Below, one piece after another: positions 50,484-64,000 of a stretch of 64,000 nucleotides of DNA (its first letter is position 1; every line of letters starts with the position of its first letter). The position numbers were made by a program, and so were the translations under genes. The notes beneath the pieces were generated by a model, which was not told the DNA's origin, made no database searches, and saw nothing but the letters and a program-made list of their open reading frames with translations. Origin of the DNA: Camelus dromedarius. Its lineage: Eukaryota. Where the stretch lies: NCBI RefSeq assembly GCF_036321535.1, contig NC_087447.1, positions 36,148,001 to 36,212,000 on the forward strand, read 5' to 3'.

Positions 50484-50484
<1 letters not shown>

Positions 50485-53400
50485 TATGGGAAAATAATTG
50501 TTAAAGAATTTATCAAATTGTTCAGTGAACTTTGTGATAGTCTCTCCTTGGGACTCTGCCTAGGAAGCCAGTCAGCCACTGAGTGCTGCCTCCCTGCTGT
50601 GGCCCAGGAGGCACCAGCCTTGGGTGCTCTGGCTCAAGTATCCACAAAGATTCCTCTTCAGTGTGGGGACCATGTGGCATCCTTATTTATCTCCATGCTG
50701 GCTTCCAGTTACTGGTTCTGGGGAATTATCTGAAAATAGGCGTTTTCTGTCACTCCTGTTTACAGTGACCACAGCAAATTAAAATGGGTTTGCTGACTGG
50801 CTCACCATCAGGAGCATCTGAAAGCCCATTGAGTTCTCAAAGCCATCCAGATTCTTGCGGTGGTCAGAGGAGATGCTGTTATCATCTCTCGAAGTTCTCC
50901 CTGCGGAGTTGGAGCTGAGCCATGCCCAGGACAACAGCGTGATTCAGGGCTTGATGCAACAGACTGGAAGGAAAGCGGCAAGGCTGAGTGAACACCTGTT
51001 GTGTGTAGCACATGGCTGCAGTGATTATGTAGTCATCTCACTCTTAACCACGCTCCAACCTTGAGGTTGATTTTGAGTGCCTCTCTGATGGGATGGGGAA
51101 ATTAAGGCTCCGAAGTGATGAAGTCAAGGTTCCCACTGACTCCAGAGCCTTGGGAATAAGTAGGAGAGGATCTAAAGGGGGAACCCACAGCCAGGCTGTG
51201 AAGGCTTGTCAGTATCTGAGTCACAAGGGCAGTGTGGCATCAGGCAGTGGCACAGATGGAGAAACAGGAATGTTCTATCAAGTGTGGCTTGGATGGTTTT
51301 GAGACAGCTTGTTGAATATGAACAGGTGTTTTTGTTTTTTTTTCCCCATTGTTACTTACCTGGGAGCAGAGAGAGGGTATCTTAAATGAAGCCCCGGAGA
51401 TCTGGGGCTAGAGAAGCCCTAGTACCAATGTTCCCCCACACAGGACCTGTGCATCTCGGGGTCACCAGGGACCATCCCAGACATCGCTCATCTGACTACA
51501 CGCAGCTCAGTCTGGCTTCAGGAGCAGCTTAGAGCAAACCTCACCAGTCTTGGCCATTTTGTGGTTGGAGAAGGCAGAATTTTGCTATGTCCTGGGTAGG
51601 GGAAGAGCCCGAGGAAAGAATAGGGGCTGTGAAATGGGCTTCCCTGTCTTGTGGGGGTGGTAGTGCTGGCATGAACTAAATGTTTCTTGCTACCTAGCCC
51701 CTGCTGGTGGGATTGGAGCTGCTGAGAAAAGGCCTGTTTTCTTGATATTCATTTAATTAACTTGTTCATATAATCATTCATCCATCAGCATATATTATTA
51801 GCTCCTATTCTGTACCAGGTGGCACCATGCCAGATTCTGGGGCTACAAAGACAAGGATGTGTTCAGGGAATTCACAGTTCAGAGCAGGGAGAAAGACAAA
51901 CCAAAGATGATATTCAGCACGTAAGGGCTGTGGGACAGGAAAACAGGGTGGAGTAGGAGCGTGGTGCCTAAGGCCACAGAGCTTTGGGTTGGCTGACTTT
52001 GCTTGACTCTTATCCCAACCCAACCAGTCACTGGACGTTGGGCAAGCTCTTATTCTGGGCTCAGTGCTTACGTACTTTATCTTATTTATTCCTAAAATCA
52101 GCCTGGTGAGGTAAAGTTTTCCCCCATTTTATAGCTGAGGAAATTAAAGCTTGGAGAGGGCCAGTACTTTGTCTGGGTCACTCAGTAAATAAGTGGCAGG
52201 ACCAGGATTCTAACTTGGGTCTGACTTCAAAGTTCCTGTGCTTTCTGCTGGAACTGGGGGTGTTTCATGTGGGGAAGAGGACGCCCACAGGGAAATGAAG
52301 GCTGGCTACAAATACCTGAAGGGCTGTTATGTAGAACAATCTCAGTCTCTGGGAAAGCTACAGAGAAAAGTTTGGACTCCAGTTTTATAACAGAACCTTC
52401 TAAAATATCTCAGGGTGTAGTGAGTTCACTGTCACCAGAGGTAATCAAGCACAGGTGAAAGCAGTGGAGAGCATTGAGTAAATGCCCTCTATCATTCCTG
52501 GGTATGGGTCCTCGGAGAGGATACAGAAGGGAAGGGTTTAAATGTGTCTCTCCCAAGCCCAGATCTCCTCAGCAGACTCCAGGATTACATGTGCCTCCAG
52601 GAGTGGTGGGGCAAACACAGAGTTAGAATCAGAATTTGAAGACCTAGGTTTGAATCCTGGCTCAGCCCCTTACACTGTGTGACCTTGGACAGTGCATCCC
52701 CTGATCATGTCAGCCCCTCACCTGTTGGCCTTTCATAAGGTAGTGAGTGAGCAAGTGCTTTGTCAAGGAGAGAGGGTTCAAACACTGGTTATTAGCAGGT
52801 GCAGCTCTGGCCACCAGGAGTATGATGAACTTCAAGGAGCTTGGCTGCCTGAGCTGTGTCTATGAAACTTCACCCAGTGGTGATGGAGGACCTGTTAGGT
52901 GCAGGTGCTTTAGAGAACTGGCCCCAGGTTTGTGCAGAGCCCTCTGAAATATTTTGTGATAAAGTGCATTCTCCATTAATAGTGATAAGCAAGAGAGTCC
53001 CGTGCTTTCACAGCCCATTGAGTAGAGGAGGCAGAGGAGAAACTGGGGCAGATGTTGAGAAGTGAGGGATCCAGGAAGTCTTCATGGAAGAGGTGACATT
53101 TGAGTAGGGCCTAGACACGGATTTCATTATGCAAGGAAGGGGGCAAAGGCCTGGAGAAGGCAAGGGCATGTGCGAGGTATGGATAACGTGGAGGGAGAGA
53201 ATCAGATGCTTGGGTGGGTAGGGAGTCTCCTTGTTGGGGTAGGGTATTGCTTACCAGCTGGAAGACCCTTCCTTTCCTGAAATGGAGCATTAAACTCTCT
53301 GGTGGCTGAAAGAAATCCAGGTTTACTGCAGTTTGCTGGTGAAACATGGGTCATAAGGAGGCAGGGTGGGAAGGTTTGGGGAGGCTGTTTACGTTCCCTT

Positions 53401-56400
53401 CATTTCTCAGATGAAGGTGAGGCCTGGAGAGGAAGAGGGTTTCCCAGAAGGTATAGAGTAAACTGAGGTTAGTACCAATGCGTGACACCTCCTCCAGGTT
53501 TTCACCATATTCCATGGATGAGTTGGCCCAGATACTGTTTTTCCTGGTTCTGTTTCCTGACAGGCTGTTCCTCTTAAGAAGGAAAAGGAGGAGAGGGCAA
53601 AGTTGTATTTACCAAAGGGGCTGGTTGGGCAGGTCTTCTTGCTGAGGCCAGAGTCTTAGGCCAAAGTCAGCTGGGCTGGCTCCTAGTGGGTGGAGGTAGG
53701 TGGAGTCAGGGGGCTTTTGGTTGGGGTTGACCACCGGTAGGAACTGAGATTTTTCCAAGACACTGCCCCTGAGAACAGTGGGCTGGAAAGATTACAGCCC
53801 ACACATTCTTTCTCAGGAGATTAGGACCATGGGAGATTATGGGATACACAGGAGGCTGTAGGAGGCCTGTAAATTTCCCATTTGGGGCAATTAATTTGAT
53901 GGATTGTAAAACAGCTCACCACTTCCTCCCCCTCCCTGGACTGGGCTGGGTAGTCAGACTGGCCAGAGAATGTCCTAAGAATGCCCTCCCTGGAATCCCG
54001 CACTGCCTGCTTGCACCGCTTGTTAAAGCCTACCTGGGGGCAGGGGCTGGGCATGTCCTTTTCCTGCCTCCCCTTGGTACAAGGAGCAGCACACAGTAGG
54101 TGCTTTATAGAGTATAAAGTACCATTTAGAGCTGGTACTTATCTGATTGCAGCCTTTCCAGGATGCTGTTAGGGGTGGGATGGGCTGGGGCTTGTGGTGG
54201 CAGCTTAGTTTATAGATGGGGAAGCTGAGCCCCAGGGGTGCGGTAACCTGCCCAAGGTCACTCAGGTCACTGGAGATACCTGGGACTCCAGCCAGATTTC
54301 TCCACTCCTGGGCCAGGGCATCTTCTTCCCAGTTCTGATGTGCTCAAAGTGAAAGTGAAATAAATCATGGACTTTTTTTTCTGGTTTCTCTCTGCTCCCA
54401 GCCAGTCACAGGCGTCCCTGCTTCAGTGATTTTGTATGAGGAGTGACATGGTCCCGCTCCCATGCCCCCCAGGGAGTTTTGCAGCATTCTGATGAGGGCT
54501 GTGGTGGGGCGGCCCTTCTCCTGTGTGCTCACAGTGCGTTGTGGCTCATCTTGGCTGTCTGCCTCCTCAGTGGGCTCTGGCGCCTGTGGCTGGTGAAGGT
54601 TCCTGCACAGCGCCTTGCTCTGGTAGCTACTGAGGACCTGGCCCTTACCAGCTCCCACCCGGACTGGTGCAGTTGGTCCTGACTGGTTGTCTTGCCTCGG
54701 TCCTGTGTTCCCTCCAGGGGCCCAAAGACCTCATCCAAATGGTGCCTCTGGATCAGGGCCTTCTAAGGTATTCCTGACTTGGGGCTTCTCTGCATGTGGG
54801 CTACGTCCTATCAGATTACAGCATTCACCCAGGCCGGAAAACAACCCAGAAGGATCATGGGGCTTATAGCATGTTCTTCCTTCTGCGCCTTTGCTTTTGC
54901 TGTTCCCGGCACCAGCCATGCCTCCTTTCCATCAAGATAACTCCTGTATGCTTCCGTAAGACTCAGATATTTCATCAGGAAGCCTTCACTGACCCGCCTC
55001 CACCGAGGCTTTGTGACATCCCTCTGTTGGTTCTTCCATTCATTTACAGCCGTGAACGGAATAGAGGTGTCTGTGCTGGCGGAGCGTCCATCCTAGCCTC
55101 CTCTCCTGCTACCTCTCACCTTAGTTTACACTGATGTTCCTCTGTCCCCACATTAGCCTGTGAGTTCTCATGTTTTATTCATCTGTCTCTCTATCCCCAG
55201 CACTCAGCACAGTGTCTGGCAAAGAAAACTTTAAAAGTTAATGTTGAATGAAGAGTGAAAGAGCAGGCTTCCCAGCGTCCTCTCCCCTCTTCCCTGATGG
55301 TGGGGTGTGAACGCCCAGCTGCTGTGTGCAGCACACACCCGCCCCCGGCGCTCTCCCCCCTCATATCCTGGCGCTGTGTGTGCTGCTCACATGACCGTCC
55401 TGCTTCATGTTACACCTTTTTGTGTCTGCATCTCTCTCCCTCACCTGGCTGCAAATTTCTTCAAGGCAAGGGCCATTTCTAATTCAGTTTTTGTGTACTT
55501 TGTGTACTTGGAACTTCTGCCCTTTCTGATGTTCAGTAAAATGAAGAGCAGTATGTGAAAGGGTAAAGAAATAAAAATATAAGGACAGACCAAGAGCCTA
55601 GAGGTGAGTTGATTTATTCACAGATGTCTGGTGGACACCTGCTACGTGCCAGCCCTGGGCCAGGTGCTGAGCATTCATAGGTGAATGAGGCAGAGCCGTC
55701 TGCCTTGAGGAGCCTGGACGGAGGAACACGCAGATAGGATGAGGAGGTGCCCAGCCTGCTGGCACCCAAGATATTTGTGGTGTAGGATCCCCAGACTCTC
55801 ATTTTGATCAAAGAAGATGACACGACAGAGTTAAGGAGGTTGTCAGACAGGTTGTCAGATTTTTAAACCCATCTCTGTCCCTTGCTAGTGTGTGACCTTG
55901 GACAAGTGAGTCAACTTTTCTGAGCTTCCGCTTCCACATCTATAAATAAGCGGCTGGTAAGAACACCCACCTTGTAGGTCATTCATTCATTCATGAGTGT
56001 CTGTCCTCCCTGCCTCCACCCCCAGAATCTCAGGCCTTTATGGAAAGGTCTTGGGACCCTGATGTGGTCTCTGATGCGGTTTACCTGCTCACCCCATACA
56101 GAGATCCCTTCAGCAGCAGTGCTGATCAAATTGCCTCTGATTGACTCCTTTGGATAACAGGAAGAGCTTGCTACCTGACAAGGCAGCCCCTCCTGTAATT
56201 GTCATGTCATTTTTAGAAGTTCCGTTTTAGGTGGAGTTGAAATCTTTTGGGCTCTGACTTCCCTCATTGCTTTTAGTTCTGAAATCCAGGGATTCAGTTA
56301 TAGTCTCTCTCACCCCTTCTATCCCCTACCCCTCACTTCCTCCCAATTAGGGAAAAGTTTACTCGTATCCCAGGAGGCTCTTTGTAGTTCTTGCTCTGTT

Positions 56401-56587
56401 ACTCAGAGTGATCAGCTAGTTGGGGAGGTCAAGGAAATTGTAGAGTACATGATGCTGGAGTGGGGTCCTGGAGATGAGGAGTGAGCCAGGTCAGGAAAAG
56501 CCTTTGAGGCAGAAGGTAAGGTGGTGTCTTCTGATAGTGTGTAGAGTCCAGGAACTCTAGATAGTTTGTATCGCAGGAGCAGTAGGG

Positions 56588-56630
56588 TGTGTGTGTGTGT
56601 GTGTCTGTGTGTCTGTGTGTCTGTGTGTGT
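56588..56630. repeat. Compound (TG)n/(TCTGTGTG)n microsatellite
   Basis: Seen directly. Confidence 0.9.
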
Positions 56631-57173
56631 AAGGGAAGTGAAGCCTGAGAGGCTGGCCAGACCCAGAGCATGAAGGACCACCTGCCAGGGGTCATGAACC
56701 TGAGGTCAGAGGGCTGCCCAGGAGAATGGGTTTTAAAACAGGTTTGTCTGGGGGCCCAGGTAGCACAGGTTTCACGTTCTCCTAGAACTGATGGATGAGT
56801 TTCTGAGCACCTCTAACTCTCCTTCATGCTCTGATCTGGAGTTACTGATTAAACGTGTCCTTGGGACCTCTGTGGAGTGGAGTGGTGACAAGTTAGCACC
56901 TTGAATGTGCCAGTTGCCCTTGACATCATGTGTCTGAACTCAGACCATTGGCTGAGCCTGCTCCAAGCCCTTGCCTCTGGAGCACCCCTTCCTTGGGTTG
57001 GAGTGGAGATATGGATGCTGTAGCCATGGTCAGCTGGCCTCCGCTTGCCTCTGTCCCAGATTTGGCCGGACACACAGGCCTGCAGGGTTTCTCGTCATGT
57101 CTTCATGAACAGTGCCTGGACTCCGAGCCCTTGGCCAAACATTCCAGATTCTTTGGGAATAAAAGATTTTCTT

Positions 57174-57335
57174 GGGGGGAGGGTATAGCTCAAGTGGTAG
57201 AGGACATGCTTAGCATGCACAAGGTCCTGGGTTCAATCCCCACTACCTCCTCTAAAAACAAACAAACAAATAAACCTAATTACCTCCCCCCAAAACAAAA
57301 CAAAAAGAAAAAATAAAATAAAAACATCTTAAAAA
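57174..57335 (+). mobile_element. Camelid tRNA-derived SINE (vic-1-like)
   Basis: GGGGGGAGGGTATAGCTCAAGTGGTAGAGGACATGCTTAGCATGCACAAGGTCCTGGGTTCAATCCC; TSD AAAAGATTTTCT at 57161-57172 and 57336-57347. Confidence 0.9.
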
Positions 57336-58126
57336 AAAAGATTTTCTGAAGGGGCCTGGGGCCGCCCCAGGGCTGTTTATGCCCCACACAGATAACTGTT
57401 TGTATCTGATTTTTATACATTCCCTAAAGCATTTTCCAAGAGTCATCGGGGAAGTCCATCTCCCCCAGCCTGGCCAGCTCATTGGGAAACTTCTGGCAGA
57501 CCTGCCTTGCACTGCTGGCATATGGAGTGCCCTCTCACCACCGTCTGTCCTTCCCCAGGGTCTTGGATGCTGAAGGGCTGAGGGTGGAGTGGGGCTTTTT
57601 GTTTTGTTTTTAAATAGGGGCAACGTGGGTAAACAGAGCGGTGTTTTCGGTGCTGTCGGAGGGCCAGGACCCCACATTCCGGTTCCATGACGACAGCCTA
57701 TTCTGTTGCTGCGTGCTGGGCTGCGGGCAGCGGCAGCTTAGATGGGAACAATGGAGGCTCTGTTGAGATGCTGCTGCTGCGCTCGGGCAGAATGCATTTT
57801 AATTGAACATTTTCCACCCTGAAACCTGGGGATCTGGTGGCCCACTCCTCCTCATTCCTTCATTTTCTCTTTGCAGCTCAGGAGCCAACTTATTACTGCA
57901 GCTCCTTTTTTACCACCTCTAATATCACCAGCCTCTTGCGGGGGTGAGGGTGGGGAATGTGTTTCCATCCTGGGATTAGTTTGCATTTGGCTGACTTTGC
58001 AATGGTGAAAAGGAGGAGGGTGGGGGTGAGGGCCTGGGGGACATCCCTGTAACCTGGGCTGGAGTGTTATCGTAGATGCTATAGGAAGCTCTCCTCCCCT
58101 GGGACACAGCTGCTTGGGACACAGGA

Positions 58127-58290
58127 GCACTGGCTGTAAAGTCAGACCAGCTGGGTTGGAATCCCAGCGGTTATACGTCTCACGCTGGGCCTCAGTTTTC
58201 CCACCTGCAAAATGGGGATAAGAGTAGTGTCTAACTCATAGGATTGTTAGGAGGATTAAATGCATTTAACATATATAAGGTGCTGAAGAT
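58127..58290 (+). mobile_element. MIR SINE
   Basis: gtcagaccagctgggttggaatcccagc...gcctcagttttcccacctgcaaaatgggga...aggattaaatg. Confidence 0.75.
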
Positions 58291-61200
58291 AAACACCCAA
58301 AAGATGTATTTATCATTATATCATTTTAATATTATATTCTGATCATCATCAATATTACATTCACCCTTCAAGCCTTTATCTAAGACTATAAGACAAACGG
58401 AGCAAAATTCTTTCTAAAATTTCTAAATTTGATTTTGTCACTCCTTGGCTTAGAAAGCCTCAGTGAGTCCCCATTGATCTCTCTGCACAAGGAGAAAGGA
58501 ACTTTTGTTTATCGAAAGCCTACTGTATGCTAAGTCCTGGGCACTTGGTGCACTTCTGGTCGTTTAGACTAAATCCAAAGTCTAGCCTGATGTGTAAGAC
58601 CCTTCATCAATTGGCTCTATCTTGCCTGTCTTTTCTTCCCTAACCCCTAAAACCAAGCCAAGGAAAAACATAACTCTACTTCAAAGAATAATTTGTTCTT
58701 CCCTGACTTCTCATTGGTTTCCATCCTCCGTGCCTTGGTGCATCTTCTGCCTTCTGCCAGGAATGCCCTGTGGGTGGTGGCTGTGGTCCCAGGAAATAGA
58801 CCACACCAGGGGAGAATCTGGGAATTCCCTAACCACCATCCCCTGTGGGCCCAGGATGCGTGAGAGCCCACTGGCCAGGCTGGCTCTCAGTGAATCCTGG
58901 CTCCCCCACTAACTTTGTGGCCCCAGGCGTGCGCTAATAATAGCACCTGTCTCATAGGTTTCTTGTGAGAAGTTAATCCACATAAAGCATTAGAACAACG
59001 TCTGACAAACTGTGTTCAGCATGTGTTAGCTGTTTTTACTATTGCATTTCTTTCCAAAGGTCGCTGTAGCGTTTTTCTGTTTGGGATATTTCTCTTTCTA
59101 GGTTCTACGCTGGACCTATTTCTTTGAGGGTAACAGGAATCGAAGAGGTACAGTGGATCAGGGAGGTCTCAGCAGGGGTTCCTTGTCCTGCCTTCTCCGC
59201 TCTGTCTCTGGCAGGAGTCAGTGCTTCTCAGCCACTGGCTTAGCTCCTTGTGGTGGCAGCTGGGTACCAGGCAGGGTGGCTGCTCCACAAGATGTGGAGA
59301 CCCTGTGTGCACAAACCTGCTCACTACGGATAGACTTGCCCAACCATGAATGGGACACTTGGTATCTAAATGGGAATTACTTATGGACTGGAGGAAAAAA
59401 TTGCTCTTATTTGAGATTAGCCAGATAACCAGTCTCTGGTCAGGAAGGGGGGAATATGTCTTTTTTCCATCTTGCTGAGTTGATTAGGGCAAAGTTCTCA
59501 GAGACTGAGTATCTTGCAAGTACCTCTCATTGAAAACAACAAAAATGATGAAATGCTTTAGAAAGAGAAAAGAGTGGAAGATTTAATTTCAGGGAGCTAT
59601 GGTGATGTTTGGCATGTGTCACCTCATTCTTGGATTTTGAGGCTCAATTGTCAGGAGAGCTGGGGCTTTATCCTCTTTATGTCACCAACTGACTATGTGA
59701 CCCTGAGTAAGTTGGGCCTCAAATTCCATATCTGTAAAATGGGAATAACCATCTAGCTTTGCCTGTCTCCCAGAGTTGTTTTCAGGAGCTAAAAATCGCA
59801 TGTTCTTGCGGATTCATACTTATTCATTTAACCAACCAACCTTTGCTCAATCTACTGTATTCCAGAGCCAGGCATCTAGGGATGGATAGAATATCGTCTT
59901 TTTCCTCGTGGAGCCCAGAGATGGAGGTGAAGCTGGGGGAATGTGTGAGTGGATGGACATCATGAACAGGACAGTCTGGCGAGTGTTTTGCTAGAAGCAC
60001 ATGAAAGAAACATTGGTACTTAAGTCTGGGAGGTCAGGGGAGGCTTCCCAGAAGTGGTAACACTTGAGTGAGGCAGAGATAAGAAAGCTAGGGGTACAAG
60101 GTAGAGGCAGACACACGTTGGCATTGTAGAAATGGGCCGAGGGATGAAGGTGGGGTTGTGGGCACCTGGGGAAGAGGCCGCCCTGTGGATCAGGCTGGAG
60201 GTGGGCTTAGTGTTGGAGCTTTGCCCTAAAGATGTTGGGCATGGGGGCAGAATGACCCGAGGCACCGGAGTGCAGAATCTGGTCAGTAGTTTGCAAATCT
60301 CATTCTGGTGTCCATGTGGAGCGAGATATGACCAATGGCAGGGAGACCTGCTAGGGGAACCTTGTGATGGTCTCAGTGAGAGATGATGCGAGCCTGAACT
60401 GGGCACGGAGAAAGACATGAGGCACCTTTGTGTGTATGTGAATGTGCGAGTTTATTTGTACATGTTCTGTGAAAGGTTAAAACTTTCTATCTGCACAGTG
60501 GATAGTTTTGTTTACTGAAATAATCAAAAGTACAGACACCCAGTAGTTCCATCACTAAGGCTCTATTCTTCCAGGGTAAGTAGATAGGATTGCAGAGGTA
60601 CATGTTCAGGGATGTTCATTGCAACCTTGTTTATAACACTAGGACATTGAAAACAACCTGTCTATCAATTAGGAACCAGATAACTAAATTAGGGAGCCAT
60701 GCAACCCCAAATGATGCTGCAGGTTTGTTTTTCTGAACACAGCAAGATACATACATATATCAAATGAAGGAAAGGAAGCACATATGTGCAGCATTTAACC
60801 TGCCACCGCTTTGCCATTATTCTTCATGATTGGAAAGTCCGTCAAGGTTGGATTTGCTCTTTTTCCCTGTATGTGACTTTCTATCTTATGTTACTTGATA
60901 ACTGTGTTGTGTCCCGGTCTCTATGTACAAGGACCATGCCTTGTTCTTGCTCCCTTGTTTCCCTCAAGCAACAGGAGTAGGTGGCTGCTAATTATTGCAG
61001 AATTTAATTGAGGGATGTGAACAAAAGGCCTTGTTATCAGCATTAAGTGATATTAAGCTGTAGGCTGATTCTCCCTCCCTCTTACAAACAGAAACAGTGT
61101 GTCTGGCCCATAAAGAAGGTTTTAAACTAAAGTTGTGTTAACAAAGACCTCTTCCAGAGACCTCCCTGCTTGGGGGGGTGGGGGCAGGGAGCGGGAGTAA

Positions 61201-64000
61201 ATTCAGGCTTTGTTTCCTCTGTCTTAGGGAGCCAGCTGGAGGTGAGGGGAGATGAGGTATGCCTGCCGTCCAACCGGTTTTCATGCATAACGTCTGAGCC
61301 GGTGTGTTTTTGTTGGGATGGCAGAGGGGGAGAGGAAGGCTTTGCCTTGCATCTGCTGAGTGCTGGTACCGTGTGTTGTGTCATCCTCACAGCAACCTGA
61401 AGCTGAAGGAAATACTCGCCCTCATTTTGCAGACGAGGGTACCAAGGCTCAGAGAGGTTGAATAATTTGCTTAGGTTGCCCAGCTAGGAATGGGTACAGC
61501 CAAGATTTGACCACAGGTCTGTGTGCCCGTGAGCAGGTGTGCTTTGCCTTAGCCACCAACGACCCTAGAGGAGAGACTGGGCCATGGTCTGGGCAGGTAG
61601 GCACTGTTACCTTGTGGGTTTGGCCTTGGGTGATAAGCTAGGGGTAGGAGGCTCTGACCTGGGGCAGCGTGAGAATTAACCAGTCAGGTGCGTGTTTCAG
61701 ATCTGCTGTGTATGCAGCATGATGCTGGACACTTTGGGGACACAGAGAAGAGGCCAGGATGACACTGTCCTTGTCTACCATCTGGTTGAAGTCACTGATT
61801 CTTATTAAGAGAGATACAGCAGGGGTGATGGGGGATGAATAGGGGCACGGAAAACAAGAGGTGCAGGCAGTCTAAAGAGGAACAGCCAGTGGGACTGCGG
61901 TGGGCAGGGAGAAGAGGGGTGAAGGTGGGGAGTCTGGGCTGAAGTGGGGGCTTCTTGGAAGTGAGGAGTGAGTGGGAGCTTGGTTGGGAAGCAAGGAGGG
62001 TGGTGGGTTGGGAACCCTTGGATGCTGGACCAAGGAGCTTCGCCTGATTCTCTGGGTGATGGGGAGCTATTGAAGGCTTTTGAATGGAGAGTTGATATGG
62101 AGAGAGACAGTTCTAGGGTGATGCACCTAGCCCTGCTGTAAAGTGTGGAGTGATGGGGTGAGGGAGGAGGAGTTGCCTCACCCCTCTAGAATGTTTACCC
62201 ACGTGCAAGAGTAGTAGTGGGAGGGGTTGGGTTGCCCCAGCTGAGGCGGACTGGGGAGATCAGATCTGCTTTGACATGGGTGTGCGATGGTCCTGACAGT
62301 AGGAAGAAACAGACAGCTGTGTGTGCTCTGGTCCAAGGGTGTATGACCACACACTGCTGGGTGCTCAGCCTAGGAAACGATTGGCGTGCATGTGTGCCTT
62401 CAGTCAACAATTATTTTTTGAGTGTCTACCATGGCGCTTAAGCTAGGCATATGGTAGTGAGCAAAATAGACGTGATCTTCTTCTTGGGTCTGGCTTTAAA
62501 AGTAAATGTCATGAGGGGGAAAAAAAGTGACAGGAAGAAAAACCCAAGCTGCTTTAAAAAAAAAACCAATTTGCTCCATAGCCTGGTTATTCCACCGGAG
62601 TGAAAGCATTGCTTCTCACTGCAGAAATGAGGTCTTGCAGAGGAAGCTGCTGGACAGAGCTTGCCCAGAGGGGTGGGGTTTTAGACAGCAACTCCCTTTA
62701 TTTCGAGGTGAGCTGAACAGTGGGGCCTCCCAGAGGTTGGGGGAATTCCTTGGAGCTGCACCACACATTCCTGTCTGTCCTTGCTTCCCAGCACACCTGC
62801 CCAGACTATGCTGGCTCTTCTCTGGCTGAGCCAGTCTTTCCAGGCTGGATTCTGCCCTTGGGTGGGAGAAGGAACTGGAGGAGAAGAGGGGATAAAAGTG
62901 GAACAAGGAAATATTTCAAACAGGAGAAGCCCCACAGAAGCATCCTCTGTGGGCCAGTGAAGCTTCAAATCAGAAGTTCAAGGAGGCTTAGGTGGGGCTC
63001 AAATCTTCTCCAGTTACCCATGATTCAATTCCAGGACTTATTTCTGAAGGCCCTGGTGGTGGGGACCAACATGTCACTCACTTCAGAAGGCCAGATACCT
63101 TGCAAAAATTCCACAGGCTTTCCTTTGATCCTTGGGGCTCTGGCCAAACAGCCCCTGATATGGTTGCCACCTCAGGTCCTTCTTAGGTATCTGTGTTCCA
63201 CCCCTGCAAGGGTGGCCCCCCGGGCCGGGAGAGGTAGATCTCAGAAATGGGGTGGGCCAGCCCTCCAGCAGCTGTGCTCTGAATGGAATGGGTCCTAGAA
63301 TAACCCGCCCCGTATACTTCTGCCAACAGGAGGAGGACACAGTTTTGGCTGGAAGTTTCAACAGTCACAAAATTGGAGCTTTACACCAAGTATTTAAAAA
63401 AATTACTTTCTGTATTATAAAGTCTCTCCTATTCATTGTTGTCAATTTAGACAATGCAGACAAGCAACATGAAGGGAATAAAAATCTCCTGTAATCCTGT
63501 CACCCAGAGATAATCACTGTTAGTGTTTTATTTTACATCTGTTTGTCTGTGTAATGTGTATGTTTTAACAAAAACAGGATAATAGAGTATATAATACTAT
63601 TTTGTCTTTTTTAACTTTATATATTCCATGTCATTAATTAACATTTATCTCATGAGTTTTAATGGCTGCATAACATTTCCTTGTACAGGTGTGTTGTGAT
63701 TTACCTCACTAGTAATAGATAAGATTTTAGGGGGTTGTTTTCCAAATGGAGTCTCTTTCTTGTGGTAGCTGATGATAGTATAAACACATGAATTAGAGTC
63801 TTTGACGCTGGGCCCCTGGCAGTGTCTTCTTTAAGTGCCCAGTGGTTTTACTGTACAGCCAGGGCTGAGAACCATGTGGGGAGACTGTGAACACCTAAGC
63901 GGCGCTTTCTCCCCAGGACTCAGCACAGTGCAGGGCGTTGAGGAGAGGCACAGAGGGAAACACCTCACTTCACTGCTGCGTTGTCTCCCGCTGCTGCCAT

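Noticed and set aside
62720..63298. 192-aa ORF in PLEKHA7 intron 3
   Set aside because: GTG start, no similarity to the expected next PLEKHA7 exon, no recognisable domain.

Overview
Mammalian genomic DNA, most likely a camelid: four tRNA-derived SINE copies match the camelid vic-1 pattern as I recall it. On the + strand the window holds an AT-rich 3' UTR-like stretch (about 1-2470, PIK3C2A by synteny) and the complete six-exon RPS13 gene (CDS 5542-8065, 151 aa). RPS13 has a 5'TOP and two intronic U14/SNORD14 box C/D snoRNAs. A ~24 kb repeat-rich intergenic region follows, then the PLEKHA7 CpG island and coding exons 1-3 (32587-33011, WW domains), then ~31 kb of its large intron 3. Almost all ORF-track entries are chance or repeat-derived ORFs. 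I found no evidence of a wholly new biological system. The best leads are small: a domain-A mutation in one U14 copy, hairpins that may bring both U14 snoRNAs closer to their splice acceptors, a possible third degenerate C/D snoRNA in RPS13 intron 3, an apparent K78R change in RPS13, and a TSD-flanked L1 with two internal deletions. Repeat family names and comparisons to human come from memory, not database searches.
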